Positions 1 to 12,363 of a stretch of 64,000 nt of DNA are shown in pieces. Positions within the stretch are counted from its first letter, which is position 1, and each line of letters begins with the position of its first letter. The DNA is from Octopus sinensis (lineage: Eukaryota): the NCBI RefSeq assembly GCF_006345805.1, contig NC_043000.1, forward strand, positions 18,786,001 through 18,850,000. Reading direction: 5' to 3'. The position numbers and the translations under genes are program-made. The notes beneath the pieces are model-generated. The model was not told the DNA's origin, ran no database searches, and saw only the letters and a list, made by a program, of their open reading frames with translations.

Positions 1-510
1 GTTAAAATATACGAAGCCCAGTATACCCATCATGACTACCTGATAAGGGTACACTAGGCACATGCATCATAACCATATGTGCGCGACATGGTGATCTCAT
101 ATGAATATAAACAGCACATGACCTTGCAGATGGGGCCCAGTTAGAATTTTCTTCAGGTTGAGTAGCCCATGCCGCTCAAAAGTCCCTGAATAAGGGTTGT
201 TTAAAGATGTTGAACGAAACACCCATGTTTCCAGAGGTGAATTATTCAAACCCCAAAGAATCCCTCTCAACACACGGCTATGATGTTCCCCCACTACTTC
301 TGTTCATCATCAGAGATGCACATATCGTCAGCCACTAAGGGACAGGCTCAACTGGTTAAGGTCAAACAACTGACAAGCAAATCTGTGGTATTGAGCAGAA
401 TATTTGCTGTAGCCCATCTTTTATACCAAGACATAACAACGTACATGATAATACTTCCAATCAGTTAAGATCAGAAGCCATGAGAGTCACTGCCTGGTAC
501 TGCATCAGGG

Positions 511-557
<47 letters not shown>
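1..557 (+). repeat. Probable 3' part of an interspersed retroposon ending in an (ATT)n tail
   Basis: Unique-looking body ends abruptly at ...ctgcatcagggc followed by (ATT)n at ~512-555, the layout of a non-LTR or SINE 3' end. No second copy in the window. Confidence 0.35.
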
Positions 558-559
<2 letters not shown>

Positions 560-1088
560 TAGTATATTTTTTATATCGTGCTTTCACTTCACTACCGAGC
601 ATAGCTCTGTGTGCCTTGGGTATGTGCTGTGATTTGTTGTGATGCTCTGATGGTTATTGTATGGAAAGTGTTCTGCGTAGGATGTGTGCAGTGCCTAGTA
701 GTGCAATTTTCTTCTTATTATTACTATTATCGTAGTTGCAGTAAAAGTAATAGTAATAGTAAAAGTAATAATAGTTGCATAGAAGTGGTAGTTGTAGCTG
801 TAATAATAGTCGTAGTAGAAGTAGCAGTCATCATTGCAGCAGTAGCAGTGATAAAAAAAAACTACCACAAATTGTGCCAAAGGTAAGCGTTATGCTATAA
901 ATAGAGACGTTACTTGATACTGTTTTTTTTTTTGCAGAGGCTCGACTAAAATCAGTATGAAATCATTCAACTTCATCATTTTATTAAAGAATTTTATATT
1001 TCTATTCTTTTCAATTTCCAGGACAACAACTGTGTCAAGTAGATTAGGTTGATCACTCATAAAATGACACTTCAAATTCTTATCGCTT

Positions 1089-1472
1089 GTGGCTGTGTGG
1101 TAAGTAGCTTGCTAACCAACCACATGGTTCCGGGTTCAGTCCCACTGCATGGCATCTTGGGCAAGTGTCTTCTGCTATAGCCCCGGGCCGACCAATGCCT
1201 TGTGAGTGGATTTGGTAGACGGAAACTGAAAGAAGCCTGTCGTATATATTTATATATATATGTATGTGTGTGTGTGTTTGTGTTTGTCCCCCTAGCATTG
1301 CTTGACAACCAATGCTGGTGTGTATACGTCACCGTCACTTAGCGGTTCGGCAAAAAGAGACTGATAAAATAAGTACTGGGCTTACAAAGAATAAGTCCCG
1401 GGGTCGATTTGCTCGACTAAAGGCGGTGCTCCAGCATGGCCGCTGTCAAATGACTGAAACAAGTAAAAGAGT
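1089..1472 (+). mobile_element. tRNA-headed SINE, family A (bipartite, internal TA/TG microsatellite)
   Basis: Near-identical to copies at 7553, 14886, 29740 and 44801. Head gtggctgtgtggtaagtagc...ggttccgggttcagtccc, tail ...gactgaaacaagtaaaagagt. Confidence 0.9.
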
Positions 1473-2039
1473 ATACTAAAAATATATTGACAATTACGTT
1501 AATAACATACACTTTGCAAATTGTTGTTTACCAACTATTTCTGATTCGCTGCTGCTATTGCTAATGATATTGTTTATACCAGGGATGTCAATGTTTAGTC
1601 CGTGGCAATGTTTAATCCGGCTCCTGGCTCAAATTTATATGAAAAAGTTTATAATTTTTAAGTCTTAAAATATTCTTAAAAATGTACATCACTAGCATGC
1701 GTTCAGTGTCGGGACCTTACCAGATTTGTCCTTAACACCGGTTCTGGTGAGTCAACTTAGTGAATCTTACGGAATTTTTAAAAGATCTCAGTCATTGAAA
1801 TGAAGTCTATAAGTCCATGTACTTAAACATGTGACCTACTCCCCTTTACTTTTTCTATACATGCTGCATTAAACGGAAGTTTTTTCATTTTTATAAGTTT
1901 ACACACGATTTCGACCGAATTGATTCTAGTGGTATGAATGATATTGAACGGTTTTGTATATGAGATATTGCAAGTAGTCGTCTTTCAAGAACTGTATTGG
2001 ATAATTTTTTATCTTCATTTAAACCACGACAAAAATCAA

Positions 2040-2165
2040 GAAATGTACCCATGTTTTGCATATGGAGGTATACACCCGAGGAAAAATTGTCCATTTAAAA
2101 ATAAAGCTGAATGCTTTCGTTATGGAAATATAGTACATATAAAGATACTCTGTAGAACGAAGAGG
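2040..2165 (+). pseudogene. Degenerate double zinc knuckle, probably an LTR-retrotransposon gag remnant
   Basis: ORF 1938-2192 reads CFAYGGIHPRKNC-PFKNKAE-CFRYGNIVHIKILC: two CX2CX4HX4C-like motifs with the second Cys mutated to Tyr in both. Confidence 0.5.
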
Positions 2166-2200
2166 ACAAAACATCAGAACAAAGGAAAATAGAATAAATA

Positions 2201-2238
2201 GGCGCAGGAGTGGCTGTGTGGTAAGTAGCTTGCTAACC
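2201..2238 (+). mobile_element. 5' head (38 nt) of SINE family A, cut off by the LINE
   Basis: ggcgcaggagtggctgtgtggtaagtagcttgctaacc is identical to the family A start; the similarity stops exactly at 2238. Confidence 0.9.
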
Positions 2239-2622
2239 TCACTGACAGAAGAGTGACTTTGCTTACCGTACTACGGTTTGGACGCGTTTTCTTCCCGGTA
2301 AGAGTTTTGGTGTGTTGTTAATTGTTGAATTCCTACTACTGAAAATTTGCCTTTAAACGTTGCTGAACTGTCTTGTTCTCCGGTTTTACCGGGAATAATT
2401 GAATAATTTCTTACCGTTGAACTGTTAGCCACTGTGGTTTTATTTACGTGACTATATATAGTCCTGCCAGACTATTTTCGTGCCCCTCCCCCGAATGGGG
2501 GTGGGAATTGGAATTTTTGAACTGCTTTTTTGAACTACTTTGGAAAAAACTTTCTATAGGTTTCCCAGTTTTGTGGGAAACCAATACTCGTAATTTTTGT
2601 GTTGTCTAATTTCAACAGAATA

Positions 2623-3822
2623 ATGTCTGTTGAAATTATTCACGAAAGTAGTGCTCTTGAGGAGAGCAATGTTAAGGAGTTTTCTGAGGTAGAATGCAAG
2701 AGGAGGGTGGTGATGTTAAAATATCACCCTCCGCCAGTATCGTGGAGACCGAGAAGCGGACCGTAGTGTTTAAAACTTTCTGTCCACAAAGCAGAAGGTT
2801 CAAACACTTTGAAAAAAGCACCATCGAGAAATGCCTGTCCCCGATTTGAAGGACATCGTGTACGTCGCCAGGGGACGGGCATATGGCACTGTGGATGTCC
2901 GCTTCTCGGGGGAAGAAATGGCCCGCGGGCATTCTGTGAACCCCCTAAAAACCAAGGAGGTGGTACTTTTCCAAGCTATAGGGGACGCAGGACGTCCCGG
3001 TCAGGATTGTAGAAGCCCCGCCGGAAGTAGATCCGGTAGAGGTAGTGGCCGCCCTGTTATATAAAAGGGCGGACAAAATAAAAATACTAGAAGTAACATG
3101 CTCTACACCTCATTTTGGCTCGGGCGTAACATTAATATATTAATTCAAGGAACAGCGGAGGACCTGCAGCTCCTTCCTGAGAGGGTGCTCGTGGGCGAGA
3201 ACGTAGCCCTCAGGGTACAGGTCGAAGGCCGAAAACCCACCTGTTACGCCTGCGGCAAAAAAGGCCACATTCGTGTAGACTGTCCGGACAAGCAAAAGAA
3301 ACGCAGACACCAGGCCTCAATAAAAAAGTCCCTACCCTGCAACACACCTACCCCTACAAAAACAAAAAATCCCACTCCTGCTGTTACGGTGCCAACCCCA
3401 AAACAGACTGAAGAAAAACCCAGCCCTCGCACTCACAAACCCTACACTATTAAAACCTCCACCCCTAAAACTAAAAACTGCGGCGCCTACCGAACAAACT
3501 ATTGCTACCCCAGACGATACCATGGAGGTATCAGAGGGGGGATTTACACCAGTTCGTAAAAGAATTCGTGCAGCATCCTCGTCCACATCCCCTACAAAAA
3601 ATAATAAAACAAAGACACACCACAGACACGGAAAAAAAAATCCCGCTCAACTGGCCCAGAAAAAGAAGACAAAAAGAAAATGAACTCATATTAATTGAAT
3701 TCGACACACAAGACAAATACATAAACGATATTATGGTTCAGCATCAGTCAGCAAGACTGTACAACAAATACAAAGATCGAAATAGACACGCGTGGATTGC
3801 GGAAACAACGTTCAAACAATAA
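2623..3822 (+). pseudogene. LINE ORF1 (gag-like) with zinc knuckle, frameshifted
   Basis: Frames join as ...EKRTVVFKTF...KDIVYVARGRAYGTVDVRF...VEGRKPTCYACGKKGHIRVDCP. Perfect CX2CX4HX4C at 3242-3283, followed by a P/T/K-rich linker. Confidence 0.8.
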
Positions 3823-3966
3823 AAGACAGACACCCAAACGCCATCCGGCATATCGCGAACTTGCCGGACTATCTGAAGAAAGAGAGAAAGAAGGGGCCCA
3901 CAAACGTGGGGTGAGGTCGGCCCCCACCTCTCCAACGAAATGTAAGTAGAACTTTTACTTTTTGTA

Positions 3967-6305
3967 ATGGCTTCGCTTAACCTTGGTTGTTTAAATGTGC
4001 GTGGTCTGAGTTCGAAGTGGAAGCAGGCTTGTTTCCTCGACGACCTCAGATCACATGATATACATGTGATGGTTCTACAGAGACCAAGCTGGACAGCCTA
4101 CAACCTTCTCGCCTCACCTGAATGGCTACGAGAAAATCATGTCTCCTGGCCAGACCGGAGGGCGAGGGGGCGTATGGTACGATCCGTAAAGACTTGTCTA
4201 CAGACAAGTACAGTCTAAGACATGTGGGCTTGTCTAGTGACATAGTCACAGGTAAGGCTGGTCGGTGTCTTGAGTGACATACAGCAGTATAAGGTCTCGG
4301 ATTGGCGGACTCTATGCACCTTGTGCTAGAGGTTTCCAAACTGATTTTTCGGCGCCTAGAGGGCTTTCTCGTGACGTCGAAGACTTTAGTGATATTAGGG
4401 GACTTTAATGCTATCGTTGACGTACACATCGATAGCGTTGGCTCGATCTATAGGAAAGTGAACTCACGTCTCGTGGATCTGCTTAAGCGGTTTCAGCTAG
4501 CAGATCGTTACAGACTTGATCATCCGAACGTCCCAGAGTGGACCTGGATGAGTGGCGACGGAAGGTTCAAGTCTTACCTAGACAGGATAGTGATAAGAAC
4601 TAGAGATAAGTCTAGTTTTAGTTGTCCACAGCTCGTCCAGGTGCCCTATACTGACCATAGAATGGTCACGTGTAGACTGGACATAGATAGCACACTTAAG
4701 ATAGGAACCGGCTACTGGAAGCTGAACAAGTCTATTTTGACACGCGAGGCATACCGTAGCCGGATTAAGGTGTTAGTGCAGAGGGCGTTAACCGGAGCCG
4801 TGGTTAATAACCGGTGGTGGTTCACCCTCAAAAGAGCCATTCGATTCGAGTCCATTAGATTTAGTAAACAACTAAGACTAGATAGGGCTAGAATAGAAGG
4901 GCAACTAGTTAAGAACTTAGAGGAGGCGTTGAGGTTGGGCTCTGCATCTCACATTTTAGCGGCGAGAACGGCATTAGACCGTCACCTCAAAACCAAACAT
5001 GAGGGATGTAGAGTCCGGGCTAAAGTACGAGCATTGGGCCGTGAGGGAATTAATGTTGCCGGATGGGCCCGTACGATAGAAACACAGCGTGGAAACGATG
5101 CCACAATTGGGTCTCTTGTTGATGAAAACGGATGCACGATCAAGAAGCGGGACGAGATGTGTGAGGCACTTCACAAGCACTTCGCCGAGTTGTTCGGGAG
5201 GTGCGGGACGCTGGATCATGGTGAGGCCCTTAGGGACTTCCTGTCTGGTGGCCCGCGCTCTCGACACGAGAGGCTGAGTGCTGTGAAGGGCCAATCACAG
5301 CCGAGGAAGTAATCGAGGTGTTGGGCAAGTGCCCCGGGGAGAAGTCGCCGGGTCTCGATGGTCTGCCCTATGAATTTTATAGAAGTATGCCAGACTTGTT
5401 CGGGCACCTGCTGGCTAGCGTCTACGCCAACGGGCAGCAGAATGGGAGAATTCCCAAGTCTGCGAGCCGGGGGGCGGTGACGTTGATCAGGAAGGACCCG
5501 AACAAGGGGGACGAGATAGGGAACTTCAGGTCCATAACTCTGTTAAACACAGAGTTAAAGATTCTGGCCAAGGTGCTAGCAAAAAGGTTGGCGCGGGTTG
5601 TGGACAAACTTGTCGGGGAAGCGCAAACGTGCGCTATCCCCGGCAGAACGATCCACGACAATCTCCACCTTATACGCTACTCCTTAGAGAGGGTGGGGAA
5701 GCTTTCTGGCGCAGGGGGAGCACTGGTACATTTAGACCAGTCCAAAGCATTTGATAGGGTCGACCATCGGTACCTGGCGGCGGTCCTCGGAGAGGCTGGC
5801 CTAGGCCCGACCTTTCGAGGTTGGATCGCTGCTTTGTATAGCGACATCGAGTCTGTAGTCAAGGTGAACGGTTCCTTTTCGAAGCCGTTCAGGATCGAGC
5901 GTTCAGTTCGTCAAGGGTGTCCCCTGTCCTCGCTCCTATACGTATTGGCTCTTGAGCCTTTGCTGTGGAAGTTGGAGGCACTAGGGGGCGCGCCGCATGA
6001 TCTATGGTGTGGAAGAGGAGCTACGGCGTATGCGGATGACACCTCCATCATCGTGGCAGACGAAGGCCAGCTTCCAGTGGTGGAAGAGGCCATCAAAAGC
6101 TACGAGGCGGTGGCAGGAGCAAAGGTTAACAAGGACAAGTCGGTCGGTTTGCAACTCGGCACCTGGAAGGGAAGCCGATGCCGTCCCATACGTCGTAGGG
6201 CGTTGGACGGAAGGTCCTGTTAAGCTGCTCGGAGTCTGGTTCGGGCCAGACCTCCAGATTGAGAAAAATTGGAGTGAGGTGGCCAACAAGGTGACCGCTC
6301 TAACC
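3967..6305 (+). pseudogene. LINE ORF2: APE endonuclease plus reverse transcriptase, frameshifted
   Basis: MASLNLGCLNVRGL, ILGDFNA, SYLDRI, YTDHRMV, GYWKLN, KSPGLDGLPYEFY, NFRSITLLNTELKILAK, DQSKAFDRVDH, VRQGCPLS, AYADD, VKLLGVWFG, spread over ORFs 3967-4218, 4302-5312, 5318-6223 and 5997-6305. Confidence 0.95.
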
Positions 6306-6405
6306 NNNNNNNNNNNNNNNNNNNNNNNNNNNNNNNNNNNNNNNNNNNNNNNNNNNNNNNNNNNNNNNNNNNNNNNNNNNNNNNNNNNNNNNNNNNNNNN
6401 NNNNN
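6306..6405. other. Assembly gap (100 N)
   Basis: Run of exactly 100 N, a placeholder-sized gap. Confidence 1.
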
Positions 6406-7400
6406 TTGCAGCTGCGGCTGGTGAAACAGGAGGAGAGATTTGTATAAAGAAGGAGGGGTTGAACAAGTACAGGGCAATCCTGCGAAGGGAGGAGCACGAA
6501 ATAAAAGTAGCCCCTCCTAGTGAAGTTACAAAGGATACACAAAAAAAGACAATAATATATAGAACTTATAGTCTGGATGCAAAGACAATGGAGATAGTGA
6601 CAAAACTACAAACTGAGAAGGCATTGAAACCTATCTGGTAGGATGTCACCTACCTTGCCATAGGGGGAAATAAGCAACTGTGGATGTGCGATTTGCATCT
6701 AAGGAGAAGGCCAGGTAACATTCAGTAGGTTCCCTGAAAACGGACGAGGTAAAACTTCTGCCTACTTACCTTGGAAGACGTGCTTCCAGGGTGAGATTCC
6801 CCCGGTGATATCAATACTGTTGAGTGTAAAGAAGAAGATTGAGGTTCTCCAGGCAACGAGAAGGCCGCTGAAGAATTGGCTAGAGCAGACCCTGGAGATG
6901 ATCATCCAGGCTGCACCAGGGGACCTGGAAAGAATGGTCGACACCATAACGGTGGGAGACGAGGTGGTATTGAGAGTTATAGTGGAAGGTAGGAAGCCCC
7001 GCTGCTATAAACGTGGCCAGAAAAGCCACATAAGAGCGGTGTGCCCTCTACCGACCGCAAAGACACCAACAGTACTGCAGGCCCAAAGGGAAATCGCACT
7101 TCCGCCTCCTGCAATGATAAGTGGTACAGGAGGGAGTGATCGGGAGCTCGGTAAGGAGGATAGCAAGTAGGCACAAATGGAGGAAGAGGAAACAGAAGAA
7201 TAGAAGACGGTAAGCCGGAAAACGAGAAAAAAGAAAAGAACTCAGGGTATTGATGTTAACCCCCATCCGATCCCCACTCTGCCCCACTCTGCCCCACTCT
7301 CCCCTGCAGACATCAACACTCATCCTACCCCACCAGAGACTGATACTATAGCTACAGACATACAGGAGCCCCACATTTCCTAACCCCCACCCTGTGAAAA
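6406..7400 (+). pseudogene. Second, diverged Tx1-like ORF1 with no following ORF2
   Basis: TQKKTIIYRTY...LKPIW*DVTYLAIG...TVDVRF and VVLRVIVEGRKPRCYKRGQKSHIRAVCP align with the first ORF1. The knuckle is degenerate. Confidence 0.8.
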
Positions 7401-7552
7401 AGTTGCATTGTTTTTTTACAATGAGTCACTCGATGAGTTGTGCGAGGAAATGAACAATCTGGACGAGTTGATAAAAGTCGATATTGAAGAGTGTAAGGGA
7501 GTGCACTCGCAATTCAAATGTGTATTAATGTAGTAATAGCAGTGTAGTAATA

Positions 7553-7951
7553 GGCGCAGGAGTGGCTGTGTGGTAAGTAGCTTGCTAACCAACCACATGG
7601 TTCCGGGTTCAGTCCTACTGCGTGGCATCTTGGGCAAGTGTCTTCTGCTATAGCCCCGGGCCGACCAAAGCCTTGTGAGTGGATTTGGTAGACGGAAACT
7701 GAAAGAAGCCTGTCGTATATATGTATATATATATATGTATGTGTGTGTGTTTGTGTATCTGTGTTTGTCCCCCTAGCATTGCTTGACAACCAATGCTGGT
7801 GTGTTTACGTCACCGTCACTTAGCGGTTCGGCAAAAGAGACCGATAGAATAAGTACTGAGCTTACAAAGAATAAGTCCCAGGGTCGATTTGCTCGACTAA
7901 AGGCGGTGCTCCAGCATGGCCGCAGTCAAATGACTGAAACAAGTAAAGAGT
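7553..7951 (+). mobile_element. SINE family A, full length
   Basis: Matches the other family A copies end to end. Confidence 0.92.
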
Positions 7952-8289
7952 AATGGACAGAAAGAACTCGCAAAGATTAAGTGAGGATTACGGGAGAAAT
8001 GTCATTATCTCACAAAAGGGAATTGATACCAGGGGAGTGCAGTCAACGGTAGGCTATCATGAACTTTTAATATAGATATATTAAGTGTTTAATTGTTTTT
8101 AAAAAGTTTCAATGACGTCACTTGGATTGTGAGGTCCGAGTGGCTTCCATTTCATCTATTCATTTTTTATACCATCCTTCTCATTCGTTTTATTCCCCCC
8201 ACACACACTTTTGTGTTTTTGTCCATCTTTGTACTGTCCCTTTATGTTTAGCCACTTGTGGGCAATAAAGAAATCATTGTTACAATCAT

Positions 8290-8632
8290 CTGAAATGGAA
8301 CTTTTGTTTGTTTGTTTGTCCGTGGAAAAGATATCTCAAGAATCGCTGGATGGATTCGGATGAATCCTTCAGGGATGTTTGGCCTCGTGACCGGCACGAA
8401 CTGATTATATTTTGGGATCGATCCAGTACCGGACGAGGATTCTGGATTACTTTTCCGTTTTTTTAAACTTAATTTTTGAGAGCGGTCGGGTTCATTTTTA
8501 GTATTCTCATTTGTGACACCAATCGAGTTTATTTCAGATATTCTCTTTCTAAAGATCATCTCCGACTAATCATTGAGAGGACATTGGTGTTGCCTTGGCA
8601 GTAGTTTGCGCTCTCTGAGTGCTCTTGCTATT
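8290..8632 (+). mobile_element. Helentron-associated non-autonomous element (HINE/DINE-1-like), 5' truncated
   Basis: (TTTG)n tract, then atatctcaagaatcgctggatggattcggatg. 3' end has degenerate subterminal ccttggcagtagttt plus stem-loop gcgctc-tct-gagtgc, before a T-rich site. Confidence 0.6.
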
Positions 8633-8676
8633 ATTAAGAATCTGTTATTTCCTCTTTGTTTTTTTCGCTTTATATC

Positions 8677-9069
8677 TTTACTCTCTTTTACTCTTTTACT
8701 CTTTTACTTGTTTCAGTCATTTGACTGCGGCCATGCTGGAGCACCGCCTTTAATCGAGCAAATCGACCCCAGGACTTATTCTTTTGTAAGCCCAGTGCTT
8801 ATTTTATCGGTCTCTTTTTGCCGAACCGCTAAGTAACGGGGACATAAACACACCAGCATCGGACAAACAAAGACACACACACACCATATATATATATACA
8901 TATATACGACAGGCTTCTTTCAGTTTCCGTCTACCAAATCCACTCACAAGGCATTGGTCGGCCCGGGGCTATAGTAGAAAACACTTGCCCAAGATGCCAC
9001 GCAGTGGGACTGAACCCGGAACCTTGTGGTTGGTTAGCAAGCTACTTACCACACAGCCACTCCTGCGCC
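8677..9069 (-). mobile_element. SINE family A
   Basis: Reverse complement of the family A consensus, with small internal deletions and a repeated AAAAGAGT tail. Confidence 0.9.
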
Positions 9070-9129
9070 TATTAAATCTTTCTGATTTAAATTTGTTATT
9101 GTACTATAACTTTTCTTCATTTTTCTCCT

Positions 9130-9330
9130 TCGTTCTGGATCATTTCTTACGTGCACTCGTCTTTACCCTTGCAATGTTTGTGGCCATCGCTGGATTGAAG
9201 AATATAATCTAAGGTACCGAAACTATGATGATTTCCCAACAGACAACGGATTAAAGGATCAGACTTCTGCTCATATATTGGTGGTATCCAATTTTTCCCG
9301 AAAGAATACTCCTTTCCATCTGTATTATTC
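9130..9330 (-). pseudogene. Possible degraded RTE-clade LINE fragment
   Basis: LRIIQMERSIL and a QRW..NIAR-like stretch resemble the RTE C-terminal MERSML / WAGHIAR motifs. Confidence 0.35.
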
Positions 9331-9935
9331 GTAAAACAACGCTTGTATACGTACATACACACATACATAATACATACATATACATATATAGAGAGATTGA
9401 GTTATTGATATTCTTACACACACACCACACACACACATGCAATCATATATATATTTATGTACATAAACTATATACTCATATATATATATACCATATATAT
9501 ATATATATATATATATATGTTCATCAGACACACAAATACACACACGTATAAATATACATAGATATTTATTCATACTAACATGGGCACGCACACAGACACC
9601 TCCCTTGTGCGTCCCTGTATGTAGTTACCTTTCATACAAGTGTCATTATATTTTGCCATTATATTTGTGATCGTTTATGCCGTATCATCATTCAAGCGTC
9701 ATGACCAATTTGTCTTTACTAATGTAATATAAGTGACATGCCATTCTCGATGTGTCTTTATTATTCCATTGCTATCCTGTATTTTTATGACGTGCTGATA
9801 TAGTTGCCAGCAAATACTTTATTATATGTCTTTTACTTTTACCTTTCGCCTTAAATTTTCTTCAAATATTTATTCTTAATTATTCTGATTCTTTATCTGT
9901 CTACAACAATACTTCTTTCCTGCATGTATATATAT

Positions 9936-9980
<45 letters not shown>

Positions 9981-9983
<3 letters not shown>

Positions 9984-10288
9984 CGTGATCACCGTGACCG
10001 ACCAGACCATCAGATGTTGCTACACATCGCTGGTCACAATGCGTTTGCATTGTTTTAGCCTTCGGACGACGCCACCCCGCTGGCTAAGCGAGCAGGCCAA
10101 CAGAAGAAAGAGTGAGAGAAAGAGTGGTGAAGGAGTACAGCAGGGATCACCACCTTCTGCCGGAGCCTCGTGGAGCTTTTTAGGTGTTTTCGCTCAATAA
10201 ACACACACAACGCCCGGTCTGGGAATCGAAACCGCGATCCTACGACCGCGAATCCGCTGTCCTAATCACTGGGCCATTGCGCCTCCAC
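9981..10288 (-). mobile_element. SINE with family B head and an alternative 3' tail (B')
   Basis: About 190 nt match the family B 5' half; the tail is shared with the element at 32071-32307. Confidence 0.85.
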
Positions 10289-10294
10289 ACACAC

Positions 10295-10325
<31 letters not shown>

Positions 10326-11288
10326 GTGTGTGTGTGGTGTGGTGTGTGTGTGGTGTGTGTGTGTGCCGTGTGTGAGTACGCTGGGAACTGGAGAATAATG
10401 ATTACTCTTGCCTATAATACATTTGTGCGTCTGGAACTGTTGATTTGGCAGTATTTCATCGTCTTGAATGTGTGATCCTCTCTACCCGCTGCCGTCATCG
10501 AGGACCTGCCGTTTGTGGTTCTCAGAAATTGAAGCTATTTAGTAATCAATGAAAATTTTGGCTACTTAAATAACACCTCAGCAAGAGATGCATTCACGGA
10601 ATGATGAGCAAAAACTGCGACTACTCCTGCCTACGCTATACCTTCCGTGCACCTGAAACTTCCGAAGTGACCGTATTCCATTGTCCTAAATGTGTGGAAT
10701 ATCCCAGCCACCATCACCACAACGAGAGTATTTGGCTTTGGTTGGTGTTTTTCTTCCAGTTATGTGCTATAAAATCTTACTCGCAGGACTAAGACTCTAG
10801 ACAAACGCTAGGCTTCTTTGAAGGACGCAAAAACTGCGCGCACATCAGACTCACTCCTTCGTTTTCACGCAACATAATCTGCGTCTAGGCCATAAAAATC
10901 ATCCTAAATGTTTGCCCTGCTTCATGGTTTCTAGCCAATATTGAGAGAATGCTGTCACCTCTCCAGTTGTTCATATTGACCAACTAATGCTAACTTCGAA
11001 GATGTATAGTTGAAAATTATTTATTTCTTCCATGAAATAGCGTACAAATCAACCTTAAATCGCTACAAAGTTCGTAATCGACTGATTTCCAACTTGATAG
11101 GGTGGTCACCGTTAGATTAGCTTTCATTTTATGTAAGTTCGATCGAGAGCGATCTGGTGCTAAATATTTATGTTTATTTTGAAACAGAGATAGAAGACCT
11201 GCACACGGTTTCTCTGCCTGCAAGAGATATCACTCAACTTTCCTACAAATCACATCTTAGCACCTTAAATTGGGAAATAAAACATCGA

Positions 11289-11355
<67 letters not shown>

Positions 11356-11373
11356 CACACACAAAAAGAGATT

Positions 11374-11443
<70 letters not shown>

Positions 11444-11763
11444 CACACACACACGGGCTGCGTGCGATGCAATGGTGTAAAATTAGCAGGCTTTAAATCA
11501 GTTCAAATATGTTTGAAATACTTTTGATCTACAAAGAGGAATCTTCACTTTGTGCAAAAGATGTTACATGTACAAATGTTAATTTAGAGCGTCTCCTATG
11601 GGATGCTGGGTGGATTTAGACTGTTTTGCTATAGTATTTTAAACACATTTTGCCAAAATCCAAGTAGATTTAATAAGATTTATCATCTATAAGTAATACT
11701 CTTGATAAGTGTTGTATTCTCTTATATGAAAAGCAATAAGAAAACATTGCTAATTATGTAAGA

Positions 11764-12290
11764 CTAGCAGCATAGCCCGGCATTGCCCGGGTATGTAAGA
11801 GCCCCTGGAGCAGACATGATGCTTACTGTGAATTAAAAAAAAAATTCCTGCCAATTTGTGAAAGATGCTGTCGAAAATATGTCATCTTGAATTTGAACGC
11901 GATTTCCCAAAATGGCATGATTTTTATCGATTTTTTTCTGATGGTAAGGTATTGCATGGAAAACTAACGTCAGAATTAAGTTTCTTAGGGTAACATTAAG
12001 CTTCACCGTGAGTTTGGTGAAAATCAATTGCAAGTTGCGAAAACTACAACAGAAAATGTGTTGCAAATAAAAAGCTTAGATTCTCGACCCCCATGTTGAA
12101 TTTATCGATTTTTTTCAGAACTGGGGGAACTTTTCAAAATTTTCGCTGTGTTAGTTTTGAATTATGACATTGGGCTATGTGTGTGTCAAGTTTCATCAGA
12201 ATCGGTTGAAAGCCGTGGTCAGGGTGAGGGTACAACCTGACAGACACACAGACACACAGACAGACAAACTGCTGTTTATATAGAGAGAGA
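11764..12290 (-). mobile_element. Non-autonomous Helitron (family D2)
   Basis: On the minus strand: 5' TC at 12290, GC-rich hairpin cccgggcaatgccggg, then CTAG 3' end at 11764, inserted between A and T. Confidence 0.85.
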
Positions 12291-12363
12291 TATCAAGACA
12301 TACTATGTATATTTTCATTGAATCTGAAATATGAGAGAGAGAGAGAGAGGGGGGGGAGAGAGA

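Larger units (their letters stand above)
2239..6305 (+). mobile_element. Tx1/L1-like non-LTR retrotransposon (5' UTR, ORF1, ORF2); 3' end lost in the gap
   Basis: ORF1 carries a CCHC knuckle. ORF2 has an APE endonuclease and RT in the order typical of the L1/Tx1 clade. Multiple frameshifts. Confidence 0.9.

Noticed and set aside
1072-1338. Recurrent ORFs MSSNARGT.../MPKMPRSGTEPG... and MVVIPAVLFHH.../MFIERKHLK...
   Set aside because: Chance frames inside SINE families A and B; they recur only because the SINEs do.
1440-1472. SINE A tail hairpin followed by GAAACAAGTA, resembling a hammerhead 3' half
   Set aside because: No CUGANGA-like core upstream and no stem I partner.
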